The translations under genes and the position numbers were made by a program. DNA of 64,000 nucleotides. Source: Torpedo marmorata (lineage: Eukaryota). Below, in pieces: positions 13,042-24,097 of this stretch. The notes under the pieces are model-generated. The model searched no databases, was not told the origin of the DNA, and worked only from the letters and a program-made list of their open reading frames with translations. The first letter of the stretch is position 1; each line of letters starts with the position of its first letter. The stretch lies in the NCBI GenBank assembly GCA_977017645.1, contig OZ360220.1, positions 222,332,001-222,396,000 of the forward strand. The letters run 5' to 3'.

Positions 13042-16000
13042 TGTTATGGACCATGACTGACCATTTGGACTGCAGACGGTCAGCAGGAAGGATGAAGTGT
13101 TTTGGAGTATACACTGGGGCCAGGTACTGAAAGAGTTAACTTCCCCAGCTACTTGGTGTACCCAGACAAGATACATTGTTGCACTCTTGGTGTACCCAGA
13201 CAGAGAGAGACCAGAGAGAGAGAGAGACAGGCTAGACAAGATACATTTGTTTCACTTCTGCAAAAAGCAGGGGCAGATCTCTGCAAAGCAGACAGTTGTG
13301 AGTTGCAAGGCTACAAGACACAGCCAAATCCAGGTGTGTGCAAAGTCAGAGAAAGACTGACAGAATAGCACATGGCCTCCTGTCTCAGAGAAATTCTGAG
13401 AAAAAGCAACTTCTGTGGAGAACAGGCGTGAGATCAGCGAGACTAGCTGTGAGATTCAAGCATACGCCTAAATCAGTGGTATACTGATCTGGAACTTGCA
13501 ATCCTTATGAACCTACAAGAAGGGGACGTCATCAGAGTAACGGAGACATGGCTGCAGGAGGGACAGGATTGGGAAATAAATGTTCCAGGGTACACATCCT
13601 ATAGAAAGGACAGAAAGTTAGGAAGAGGTGGTGGGGTAGCTCTGTTGGTAAGTAATGAAGTTCAGGCGTTTGAAAGGAAAGACATTGAAACAGGTGGGGT
13701 AGAGTCTGTTTGGATAGAATTAAGAAATTGCAAAGGCATAAAGACCATAATCGGGGTCATTTACAGGCCTCCAAATAGTAGCTCAGATATAGGAAGTAGT
13801 ATAAATCAGGAATTAAGAGTGGCATGTCAAAGTGGTAGCAATACAGTAGTTATGGGGGACTTCAACATGAAGGTGGACTGGGAAAAACAGACGGGGGCAG
13901 GAAAACAAGAGAGTGAGTTTATAGAATGTCTACAAGACACATTCTTGGAGCAGCTAGTGGAGGAACCTACCAGGGGGAAGTCGATTCTGGACTTGGTGCT
14001 GTGCAGCGACGCAGAGTTAATAAGCGACCTCGAGGTAGGGGTACCATTAGGGAATAGTGACCATGGTATGGTTACTTTTGATATTCAACTGGAAAGGGAA
14101 AAAGAAAGGAAGTCGGAAGCATATATACTGCAGTTAAATAAAGGAGATTATGCAGCTATGAGGGAAGAGCTAGCCAAAATAAAATGGAATAATACACTAG
14201 CTGGGAGGACAACTGGGGAAAAATGGCAGGTATTTTTGAACATTTTTCGCAGGATTCAGGATAAATTCATTCCAAAGTGGAGGAAAGGCTCAAGGAGATG
14301 CAAAAGGCAGCCGTGGCTAACTAAAGAAATCAAGTGTATTATCAAGTCCAAAGGGAGTACGTATAAGATAGCGAAGCGGAGTGGGAAGCTTGAGGATTGG
14401 GAAACCTTCAAAGAACATCAGAGGGTAACTAAGAAAGTCATAAGGGAGGGGAAAATGAAGTATGAGAAGAAATTAGCAAGTAATATAATAGAGGATAGCA
14501 AAAGCTTTTTTAAATATGTGAAGAGGAAGAAAATTGTTCGGTCTAAAATTGGTCCATTAAGAATGGAAAAGGGTGAAATTATTACTGAAAACAAGGAAAT
14601 GGCTGAGGAATTTAACAAATACTTTGCATCTGTCTTCACCAAGGAAGATATAGGTGATGGTCAGTTAGGGGGTAGTGGTCATGCGGTATCAGGAGACTGG
14701 GGGAACTTTCCTGGGGAAGTAGGGAATCTGATAGATATTAGGATCCAGAAGCAGGAGGTTGAGAGTAAATTGTTGGGACTGAGGGCTGATAAATCCCCAG
14801 GGCCTGATGGGCTGCATCCCAGGGTGCTTAAAGAGGTTGCTCTGGAAATTGTGGAGGCACTGGTCGACATTTTCCAAAGCTCCATAGATTCGGGGGAGGT
14901 ACCTGTGGATTGGAGAGTGGCTGATGTGGTGCCGCTTTTTAAGAAGGGAGGGAGGGAAAAAACGGGAAATTATAGACCAGTCAGCCTGACGTCAGTGGTG
15001 GGGAAGATATTGGAATCCATCATAAAAGGAGTAATAGCAGAACACTTAGGAAGAAATAATAGTATAAGGGCTAGTCAGCATGGATTCCTTAAGGGTAAGT
15101 CATGCTTGACTAACCTTCTGGAATTTTTTGAAGATGTGACAAAGAGGGTGGACTTGGGAGAGCCAGTGGATGTGGTGTATTTGGACTTCCAGAAGGCCTT
15201 TGATAAGGTACCGCACGGGAGACTAGTGGGCAAGATCAGGGAGCATGGTATTGATGGTAAGGTGCTGACGTGGATAGGAAATTGGTTAAGAAATAGGAAA
15301 CAAAGGGTTGGGGTAAGCGGGTCTTTTTCAGGATGGCAGGATGTGACGAGTGGAGTGCCGCAGGGATCGGTGTTGGGTCCTCAGTTGTTTGTCATTTATG
15401 TAAATGATTTGGATGATGGGATTATTAATAACTTGAGTAAATTTGCAGATGACACTAAACTGGGTGGCGGTGTAAAGTGTGAAGAGGATGTCAGGAAAAT
15501 GCAGAGGGACTTGGACAGGTTGGGGGAGTGGGCTGAAGAATGGAAAATGAAGTTCAATGTGAGCAAATGTGAGGTTATCCATTTTGGGGGCAGTAATAGG
15601 AAAGCAGAGTATTATCTAAATGGTGACAAGCTAGGGAGTGGGGAAGTGCAAATGGATCTGGGTGTACTTGTTCATCAGTCACTGAAGGCTAACATGCAGG
15701 TACAGAAAGCTGTGAAGAAGGCAAATGGCATGTTGGCTTTCATAAAGAGGGGATTGGACTATAGGAGCAGAGACACCCTTCTGCAGTTGTACAGGGCCCT
15801 GGTGAGACCCCACCTGGAGTATTGCGTCCAGTTCTGGTCTCCAAATTTGAGGAAGGACATACTAGCTATAGAGGGTGTGCAGCGCAGATTTACAAGGTTA
15901 GTTCCAGGAATGGCAGGGTTGACATATGCTGAAAGGTTAGAAAAACTGGACTTATATTCGATGGAGTTTAGGAGGATGAGGGGGGATATGATTGAGGTTT

Positions 16001-16773
16001 ACAAAATTATCAAGGGGATAGACAGGGTGAAGTCAGATTACTTGTTCCCAATGATGGGAGAGACGAGGACTAGAGGGCATAGTTTAAGAATTCAGGGAAG
16101 GCCCTTTAGGACGGAGATGAGAAAAAATTTCTTTAGCCAGAGAAGTGTGAATCTGTGGAATGCTCTGCCACAGAGGGTGGTAGAGGCAGATTCGCTGATT
16201 ATGTTCAAAAGAGAGTTAGATAAGACTCTAATGGGCAGAGGATTTAAGGGTTATGGGGATAAGGCTGGAAAGGGGTACTGATAGTAGTGATCAGCCATGA
16301 TCTGTAAAATGGCGGTGCTGGCTCGACGGGCCGAAGGGCCTACTCCAGCTCCTATTGTCTATTGTCTATTGTCTAAAACAAGTATTTGTAAGCATAAACA
16401 GTCATTGTCTCTCTCCAACGTTCATTCAGAAGTACTTCTACCAGACACAGAGAAAAAGTTGAAGCCTGAACTTAGAGAGTGGATTTTGTCGACTGTATTA
16501 TCCTTTTTTTTTGACTGACTTGTTTTTTATGACTGACCTGGGGATTTTGGGGAAAGTTTTTCCATTTTTACATAAGGGTTGGGCACAGACTGTAATGGTC
16601 TGGGCTTTACACACACACACATACACCGTTTAGATAAGAATAGAGTTTATAGACATTTATAGTGGGGTTAATTGTTGTGAAATTATATGTTTACTTGTGT
16701 TTAATAAATAATAATTTCAATTTTACCCCTTTTGCATTGCGTCTTCTGTCGTTGCTGGTTTGATTTTGTAACA
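13042..16773. mobile_element. Solo LTR (~0.9 kb after removing the nested CR1)
   Basis: Ends TGTTA...TAACA, 4-bp flanks GATG/AATG (3 of 4 match), AATAAA near 16703. It interrupts L1 ORF1 cleanly. Confidence 0.75.
13507..16281 (+). CDS. CR1 LINE ORF2 (AP endonuclease + reverse transcriptase), open 924-aa frame, 5'-truncated
   Basis: EN motifs TETWL, YRPP, GDFN, ILDL and SDH; RT motifs KSPGPDG, YRPVSLTS, DFQKAFD, GVPQGSVLGP and FADDTK; then HLEYCVQFWSP. The 3' tail (CTATTGT)n ends at ~16375. Confidence 0.93.
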   Translation: MNLQEGDVIRVTETWLQEGQDWEINVPGYTSYRKDRKLGRGGGVALLVSNEVQAFERKDIETGGVESVWIELRNCKGIKTIIGVIYRPPNSSSDIGSSINQELRVACQSGSNTVVMGDFNMKVDWEKQTGAGKQESEFIECLQDTFLEQLVEEPTRGKSILDLVLCSDAELISDLEVGVPLGNSDHGMVTFDIQLEREKERKSEAYILQLNKGDYAAMREELAKIKWNNTLAGRTTGEKWQVFLNIFRRIQDKFIPKWRKGSRRCKRQPWLTKEIKCIIKSKGSTYKIAKRSGKLEDWETFKEHQRVTKKVIREGKMKYEKKLASNIIEDSKSFFKYVKRKKIVRSKIGPLRMEKGEIITENKEMAEEFNKYFASVFTKEDIGDGQLGGSGHAVSGDWGNFPGEVGNLIDIRIQKQEVESKLLGLRADKSPGPDGLHPRVLKEVALEIVEALVDIFQSSIDSGEVPVDWRVADVVPLFKKGGREKTGNYRPVSLTSVVGKILESIIKGVIAEHLGRNNSIRASQHGFLKGKSCLTNLLEFFEDVTKRVDLGEPVDVVYLDFQKAFDKVPHGRLVGKIREHGIDGKVLTWIGNWLRNRKQRVGVSGSFSGWQDVTSGVPQGSVLGPQLFVIYVNDLDDGIINNLSKFADDTKLGGGVKCEEDVRKMQRDLDRLGEWAEEWKMKFNVSKCEVIHFGGSNRKAEYYLNGDKLGSGEVQMDLGVLVHQSLKANMQVQKAVKKANGMLAFIKRGLDYRSRDTLLQLYRALVRPHLEYCVQFWSPNLRKDILAIEGVQRRFTRLVPGMAGLTYAERLEKLDLYSMEFRRMRGDMIEVYKIIKGIDRVKSDYLFPMMGETRTRGHSLRIQGRPFRTEMRKNFFSQRSVNLWNALPQRVVEADSLIMFKRELDKTLMGRGFKGYGDKAGKGY

Positions 16774-17808
16774 AATGTTAAAGAACACTATGAAGAAATG
16801 TTGTATTATAAAGACAAAGTGGAAAAAGTGGAAGGCTCATTTACAGGTTGGGAGCAACAAAGAAAGGAACTTTTACAAAAAATTGATGTATTGGAGAATC
16901 AGAGTCGGAGAAATAATGTTAAAATCATGGGACTGCCCAAAGATTTTGAAGGGATGAATTCAACTATATTTTTTCAAAAATGGATTTTAGAGACTTTGGG
17001 TACTGATCATTTTCCAAATGGACTTGAATTAGATAGAGCTCATAGAGCTAGTAGAAGGAAACTGTATCCTGGTCAAAGGCCACGTTCAGTTTTAATTAGA
17101 TGTCTTCGATACCAGGATAAAGAGATGATATTGAAATTAGCTGTTCAAAATGCAAGAAAGTACCATGGTCCATTGATGATTGATAAAAATAGGGTATTTT
17201 TTTATGCTGATCTGAGTACGGCAACAATTAAAAAATGAAAATAATTTAATCCAGCAAAAGCAGTTTTGTCGGGTAAAGGATACAAATTTTCATTTAGATA
17301 TCCTGCGACATTGAAGGTACAGTCTGCAGAGAATCAATCATTCTTTTTCACTGACTATCAAGAAGCTTTGCAGCATGCAAGTTTACTTCCGGAATTAAAG
17401 AAAGATCAAGACTTTTTGGGGCAATATCAAGTTATTCTACCGACTCAGGAACTGCTTTCACCGAGCTTCAAGATAATAGAATGTGGTCGTAATCGATGAG
17501 GATCAAGTTAATAGAGATCTCGAACAAGCTGGATGAAGAAATGATAACAGATGTTCTGGAAAATCTGTTTGGGGGGAGGTGGACTTTTTGTCTTCTCCGT
17601 ACCTAGTCACACGTCATCTTAGTGGCGAGCAATGGAGGGTGGTAGTACTGGTGTAATATACCAGTATTATATATAGTGGGCTTTTTAGTTTTTTATTTTC
17701 TTTTTATTTCTTTTTTTCTTTTTCTTTCTAAGGAGATGTCAAATAGATTACAAATGTGGAAGGGGGAACCGGCGGGTCTGATGGAGAGAGAGTTATTAAA
17801 TATTAGAA

Positions 17809-18015
17809 ATGGCGGATAGTAAATTAATAAATGTAGTAAGTATTAATATAAATGGGCTAAATAATCCGATTAAAAGGAAGAAAACTTTAGCATATATTAA
17901 AAAGTTGAATGTACATATAGCTTTTTTACAAGAGACGCATTTGACAGATTTAGAACATCAGAAGTTGGAATAAATATCATTTCTTTTTAAAAATATGGAG
18001 CCCATATATAAAAAC
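17809..18015 (+). pseudogene. L1 ORF2 vestige: first ~53 codons fused to the extreme C-terminus
   Basis: MADSKLINVVSININGLNNPIKRKK...IAFLQETHL...* (17809-17973) is followed within ~15 bp by FLKIWSPYI, which resembles the ORF2 C-terminal F.K.W.P motif. Confidence 0.75.
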
Positions 18016-18296
18016 TGTCGGTTTAAGGATTTGAAGATCTCTGGATATCAGATCTGACTGGCGAACCGATGTTCCACAATAAAATTAGCTTATAGTTGTT
18101 CTTTTTCAGATTGACATTCTCCTTACTTTATCTTTTTCTTTCTTTCTTTCTTTCTTTCTTTTCGGGAGGGTTAGGGAGGGGAGGGAGGGAGGGGTGGTGA
18201 AAATGTATCACATGTAATTTGATAATTTTGCATTTTAAACTATGTATTGTGTGATTTAAAAATTTTAAATAAAATATTTAAAAAAAACAACAAAAA

Positions 18297-18600
18297 AAAC
18301 AAGTACCATTGCTGCTCTGGCCTTGGGCCACGGATCCATGGCAGAGAATTCACATTGACTTTGCCGAAGTCAAAGGTCAGCAATTTCTACTTGTAGTAGA
18401 CAGCCATTCGAAGTGGCTGGAAGCATTTCCGATGAGTAGCACTACATCAGCTGCTACCATCACGGTGCTGCGATCACTATTTGCCCATTTTGGATTGCCC
18501 TTACAGGTAGTAAGTGATAATGGCCTGCAGTTTACATCTGAGGAGTTTGCATCATTCCTCAAAGGTAATGGCATCAAGCACACCCTTTGCCTGCCATACC
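18297..18600 (+). pseudogene. Gypsy integrase core, truncated before the catalytic Glu
   Basis: PWQRIHIDFA, LVVDSHSKWLE, FGLP..VVSDNG.QFTS.EF. Homology ends at ...HTLCLPY. Confidence 0.9.
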
Positions 18601-19097
18601 AGGTTGCTGGCACTGTAATAACGTCACGCTAGCTGCTAGTTACCTGGAGGAAATTGATTAATTAAGACAAGCCAGCACATATTTGTTAAAAGCAAGTCAT
18701 ACTTAACCAATTTGTGGAATTATTTTTGATGTTGTCATGAACAGAGTTGATGAGGGAAATGCCATTGAAATGATGTGCAAGGACTTCCAGTAGGCTTTTG
18801 ATATGGTTATTTCAGGCTTATCAGTGAAGTTCATAGCATAAAAAGAACATTGGATTCAAACAAAGTTGGCTAAATGATAGATAATAAAGCATTGTGGTGA
18901 ATGTTGCTGTTTGAACTGGAAGGTATTCCTCAGGGATCAGAGTATGGCCATTTCCTTTTTCATCGATAATCTAAATTTGGGGGTACAAGCGTCAATTTCT
19001 ATATTTGCAGATGACACAAAATTTGGCAATATTTTGAATTGTGAAGAAGCTTCTGATAAATTGCAGCAGGATATATAGACAATTGGTGGAATGGCAG

Positions 19098-19318
19098 ATA
19101 GCCTGAATACGACTGGGATTGTCTGATCTCGGAAGCCAAGTAGGTACAGGACTGGTCAGGACTGTCAAGGAACACCAGGTGCTGTAGGTTTCTGTGAGGG
19201 GTACTGGACAAAGTAGCGACCCTCTGTCTGCCTTACGGTAGACAAAAATTAAAGAATTTCATTATGTTACATTCTAAATATAGTATTACGTGACAATAAT
19301 GGAACCCTTTACCTTTAC
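19098..19318 (+). mobile_element. 5S rRNA-derived SINE (SINE3-type), copy with a C-box deletion
   Basis: Head GTCTGATCTCGGAAGCCAAG...GGAACACCAGGTGCTGTAGG resembles 5S rRNA, and the 3' body is nearly identical to 52740-52866. Confidence 0.85.
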
Positions 19319-20340
19319 ATTGAGATGATGCTTTAACATGGAGAAATGGGAGGTGGTGCACATGGGTAGGAAGAATGAGGAGAGGATACTGTTCTAAAAG
19401 TGGTGCAGAAGCCATGGAAGCCAGGCCTAACAAGTCAATTAAAGTAGTTGATAGGTCATACACACTTCTGGTTTTCATAAATAGTACAAACGATGAAAAT
19501 GATGCTGAGCCTTTGCAAACGACTAGTTGGGCTGCAGCTGATGTATTGTTTTCAATTTTTCATTTCTGGTCACCTTGTTATAAGAAAGATGTGAAGGGAT
19601 TGGAGAGAGTCCAGAAAAGATTGATGAGAATGGTTCCTAGGATAAGAGATTACAGTTAAAAATATAGATTAGAGAGGTTGGGACTTTTTTTAAGAGGAGA
19701 GAAGGATGAGTGGAGATTTAATAGAATTATATAATATGATGATGGATTTCGACAGAGTAGATAATGGAAGACTACTTCTTTGGCGGAGGGGGTGTGAGGA
19801 ACTAGGGGTCACAGGTAGAAAATAAAGAGGAATTGAAATAACTGTGACAAGAGGAAGTATTGTTTTACACAGGGTGTGGTTGGAATGTGGAATGCTTTGC
19901 CTTAAGATGTGGTGGAGGCAGTTTCCATTGTGGTCTTCAAGAGAACATTGAATAAATATATTTTTAACAAACATTTGCAAGGCTATGGAACAGGCATCAA
20001 GTGGGTGGAAGTTATGAGTTGCTCTGATAGGGAGTCAATATGGCCATGATGAGTTGCATGGCCTCCTTCTGTGCTGAAACCATTCTATTCTTTTCAATAC
20101 TGCAAAGTATAGTTTTAGATGCAAATGTCATTGTTTGACTGGGAACAAAAGCATTTGACAAAACCTAATGTTAACCGGGGTAGATGTAGAAGCTGAATAA
20201 TGGTGCAGTATTGCTTTGGTGCGAAGGAGTGATGAGAAGGAGTGATGTTTTCTATATGCTGACCTGAGCTCAAATAATTGGCAGACTTGAATCTCTCCAA
20301 AGCTTATTCACACCTAACATTTACCAGGTTAGTGACCTCC

Positions 20341-20554
20341 NNNNNNNNNNNNNNNNNNNNNNNNNNNNNNNNNNNNNNNNNNNNNNNNNNNNNNNNNNNN
20401 NNNNNNNNNNNNNNNNNNNNNNNNNNNNNNNNNNNNNNNNNNNNNNNNNNNNNNNNNNNNNNNNNNNNNNNNNNNNNNNNNNNNNNNNNNNNNNNNNNNN
20501 NNNNNNNNNNNNNNNNNNNNNNNNNNNNNNNNNNNNNNNNNNNNNNNNNNNNNN
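20341..20554. other. Assembly gap (214 N) followed by a CT-rich low-complexity tract to ~20638
   Basis: Run of N seen directly in the sequence. Confidence 1.
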
Positions 20555-20639
20555 CTCTATCTCTCGATCTCTCTATCTACCTTTCCATCTCCCTTTCTCT
20601 CTTTACCTCTCTCCCTCTCTATCTCTCCCTCTCTCTCCA

Positions 20640-21020
20640 CAATCAGTGTAGATTGGCAGCAACACCACTTCTATGATCATCCTCAACACTGGGGCCCCAC
20701 AAAGCTGTGTATTCAGCCCATACTATACTCTCTCAACACCCACGACTGCATGGCCAAACACTGCTCCATCTCAATCTATAAGATTGCCGATGACACCATT
20801 GTCTCAGACAGGATCTCTAACAACGGTGAGTGGGAGTAAAGAAGGAAATAGGTCTAGTGGCTTGGAAGAGGGGTGGACCTCACTCCCTGGTCTGCATCAT
20901 GTGTGCTGAGATGGAGATAGTAGGCAGCTTTAAGTTCATCGGTGTAAACATCTCCTGTGACTTGTCCTGTTCCACCCATATAAATGCAATGGTCAAAAAT
21001 GCATATCAGTGCCTCTGCAT
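20640..21020 (+). mobile_element. Decayed Rex1/Babar-type RT fragment
   Basis: ILNTGAPQSCVFSP, ADDTIV and FKFIGVNIS.DLS. Confidence 0.75.
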
Positions 21021-24000
21021 GATGATTAAAATTTTCATTCCATCCCTTTAGGCAGGATTTAAGCCTGGGTTGAAGTGAAGGATCAGTGGTATGATCCACT
21101 CCTTTACTGCCTCTCTTGCCTAATGTATGTTTTTGTTCTCCCAAATATACCATAAGGAGCACAAGTAAAATGGCATGATATTCCAGGCCATGATTGATTT
21201 AAGCAACAGCAAAGGCAGGAATCAGGCTATGAACAGCTCAGAGCCAATTAAACCTAGCTTTTGCATTGAACAGCTCATTCTCATTCTGTACTCCCAGTAA
21301 GGGTTTCATCAATTGGGAATGCATATCAAAAATTCAAATATGTACTGTACTTAATTTTTCATACACATTGCCTCTGTGCTAAAAAAAATAGTAGTCTACC
21401 ATTGAAATGAATAAAAGGGTAAATTGTAAGAAATTTTCCTTCAAAATAATTAGCACAAATGGCCATTGAAGCAAAATCTTTAGCACCATTTAAAAGAGAA
21501 AGATTAATGGTGAAAGAACAGGAACATTTTGCTATTGACAACCACTGTGGTGTGGAATTTGTATTGACACAGCCATGAGCTGAGATTGCAGTAATTACTT
21601 GATTTCACCAAATGTAACTGAGATGTTAATTATCTGAATAAGGAACAACAGGGTAGTTTTTATTGAGTACTTTTGCAAGTATTTACCTCTTATCTGACAA
21701 AATAATTCAAAATCCTTACTTAATCTTAGCAACATTGATGTTTGAACATATCTCCTTACTCAAGCTCACACTAAATTTTAACATCTTTATCTTAAACTGG
21801 TTTAGTTGACTCAGTGAATTTGCCACCCATATGCCAAGTTGGGCAACAAACTTGAATGCAATGATGCATCCATCCATTAATTTCCTTTTTCTTGGTATAG
21901 ACTAGATTGATCTTTGTTAAAAGCTTTTAGCAGGTCATGATTATATAACTTTAAAATTCACCAATGGATATTGACAAAAACATTGTTTTTAATTAAATTT
22001 TATATAGCTATATTGATTATGCTGATGTAACTTTACTGCAAAACCTTTTTTTATTATGTAACAACTCAATGCATATTTTGAACATTTTTGTGAGGAGTAA
22101 AACTCATGCAAGATACTCATCTGTAGAATTTATTGGTTATACACCAGAATAGTGTTGAAATTCAAAATATAATTTTGTTAAAATGGAAAATATAGGGACA
22201 ACATTGTTGTACTTAGTAACACTGCATAAATGCTGCAAAAGAGGGTTAATATGAATGTACTGGATGTATTCATGAAATTAAAGGTGAAAATGTAGAGGGT
22301 GGAAGTCTGAGAGAAGCAGCAGAAAAGATATAGATAAGATTAGTGACATATGTAGGGGCAGAGATACCGTGTGACACAGTCTGCGCAGTTGAACAAGCCG
22401 AAGTCACCAGTAATAGAAAGAACGTGTTTTACCTAATCCTCTCAGATAAGCTGTTCCATCCAGAATTATCACACCACAATCTTCAGGGTATGAGACTGGA
22501 AATGAAGTTTCAAACAGCTTTGATTCCTTTCCCATAAATGAGAAACTGTCAGATGGAACTTTATTTATTTTCAGCTCCCTTTGAAACACCCTTCAAGAGT
22601 GCCAATATACCAGTAACTAATGCATAAAGCCTACTGTGCTGATTGACAGAACATGATATAAAGCAACTCATATTTGACATATATAACTTTTTCATTGAAA
22701 AGAAAAATGTTAGATATGAATAAAAAACATTTTAAAATTTGCTATTTAATTCAGTTGAGGTATATATGAATTATAGAACCAGTAGCCCTCCCTATACCAT
22801 TGCTATATTGGAGATGCTGCTTGAAAATAATGGTGTACATAACTTGAATGGTACGCCTCATAATGAAAGAGCCTACATTCATAAAATGCCTTTTCTTGAA
22901 TACTGTATCAGAATTATCACAATGCTTGATAAATAATTATTTTGAAGCACGGTCACCGTTGCTTTATAGAGTAAATATAATAGATAAATTACACACAGCA
23001 AGATCCCATAAACAGAGACATCAGTTCATTCATTTTTGAGAGAGGAGCTATTAGCTAGGGTACTAGGATAACCTTTTGTTTACTGTCCAGTTGTAGCAGA
23101 TGAGACCTTTAATGCTCACCAGAGCTACAGATGTGGCCGAGGAAAACTGAGAAATCACAACATGTTTACTGCAACGACAACATGACCACAATTTTCTAAT
23201 TTTCAAATGGGAAAGCTTGGTGCTGAAAGTATGCATTGGAAGGATTGTCAGTTTGTAAAACTGGTTTGTGATCCAATCTGCTTGTTTGCTACCTAAATGC
23301 CAAAGGTAAAAATATTCTGAATGAATTTTCATTACCTGGTGATATGAGAATTTTGCTAGTATTTTCAAGACTACATTTGTTACTTTTTTATTATAACTTT
23401 CAATCAGAGATCTTAATTATAAAGAACATTAATTTCCAAAATGCAACAGGGACAAAATTGGTTAACTCATGCTCAAACATTTTCTTTATCCCATTAGTGC
23501 TTACTGCTCTGATTAGTACCTACATGCCCCAAAATGTTAGAACTAATTAAAACTGACCTGCTCTGCTGAAAGCAACACCTCGTTTCAATAAGGGAATGCA
23601 CATTGTGGTGAAAATGCTACTGGCAGTTGTGAAGAAAGTGAATCTGATCCAGAAAACACTGAGAAATGGAAGAGGGCAGCTCCAGGTTTTTTTAGATGCT
23701 CCATTGAAATCCTGGAAGAGGAGGTGGAACACTGAAGTGTTGGACTACTGTATATTCATAGAAGATAAATAAAGATCAGAAGGCAGTAGGTCATTGATAA
23801 TCATGGAGATTAATGTCAGGAATTCCAGGGGGGGTCGGGACATTGTGATGTATGGAGTTCAACAATTGACTGAAGTTGATTTGGAAGTGATATATTATAC
23901 GAAATTCACCACCAGCTTCAGGCATTGATCAATCCACCATCCTCCCAATCTATCAGCAATGTCTATCAATCAAGACACACATTTACCAACCATATGCTAA

Positions 24001-24097
24001 CCACATACTCCCAAAGCATCGCACTGTATCAGGCTGTGTAGCCACTTTTACATACAGTTAGCTATTAGACCAGAAATCGACATTATCTTCACACATA

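Larger units (their letters stand above)
12395..17499 (+). pseudogene. L1 ORF1p (coiled coil + RRM + CTD), split by a solo LTR at 13042-16773 and disrupted
   Basis: ORF pieces 12395-13033, 16732-17238 and 17266-17499. Removing the LTR restores ...IEEDVKEHYEE... Confidence 0.82.
12240..18296 (+). mobile_element. L1-clade LINE with ORF1 and an almost entirely deleted ORF2, inserted in the Gypsy integrase
   Basis: Perfect 16-bp TSD AAACAAGTACCATTGC (12224-12239, 18297-18312), with AATAAA and an A-rich tail at the 3' end. ORF1 motifs LENQSRRNNVKIMGLP, LDRAHR, RPRSVLIR and YPATLKV are present. Confidence 0.92.
8903..18610 (+). mobile_element. Gypsy (Mag-like) LTR retrotransposon, degenerate, interrupted at 12240-18296 and lacking a 3' LTR
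   Basis: LTR-like region ~8903-9195 with AATAAA, then PBS TGGGCGACGAGGA (tRNA-Ser-like) at 9198. Order is gag-PR-RT-RNaseH-IN. The integrase reads continuously across the insertion: ...HNSRKQVPL|LLWPWATDPWQRIHIDFAE...VSDNG.QF. The LTR start is uncertain (8903 or 8937). Confidence 0.9.
6110..20095 (+). mobile_element. Old CR1 LINE ORF2 broken into five collinear pieces by later insertions (about 6110-6553, 7374-7555, 8284-8875, 18640-19097, 19319-20095)
   Basis: Motifs appear in the expected order: EALLDLVLGNE (~6390), YRPISLT (~8805), SQH-FVK-KS-LTN (~18670), DFQ*AFD (~18782), FADDTK (~19005), FWSP..KKDV..LERVQKR (~19564), then a CR1-like 3' tail at ~20085. Boundaries are approximate. Confidence 0.8.

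Noticed and set aside
20278-20676. 132-aa ORF
   Set aside because: It spans the N gap and a CT-rich tract, so it is an artefact.
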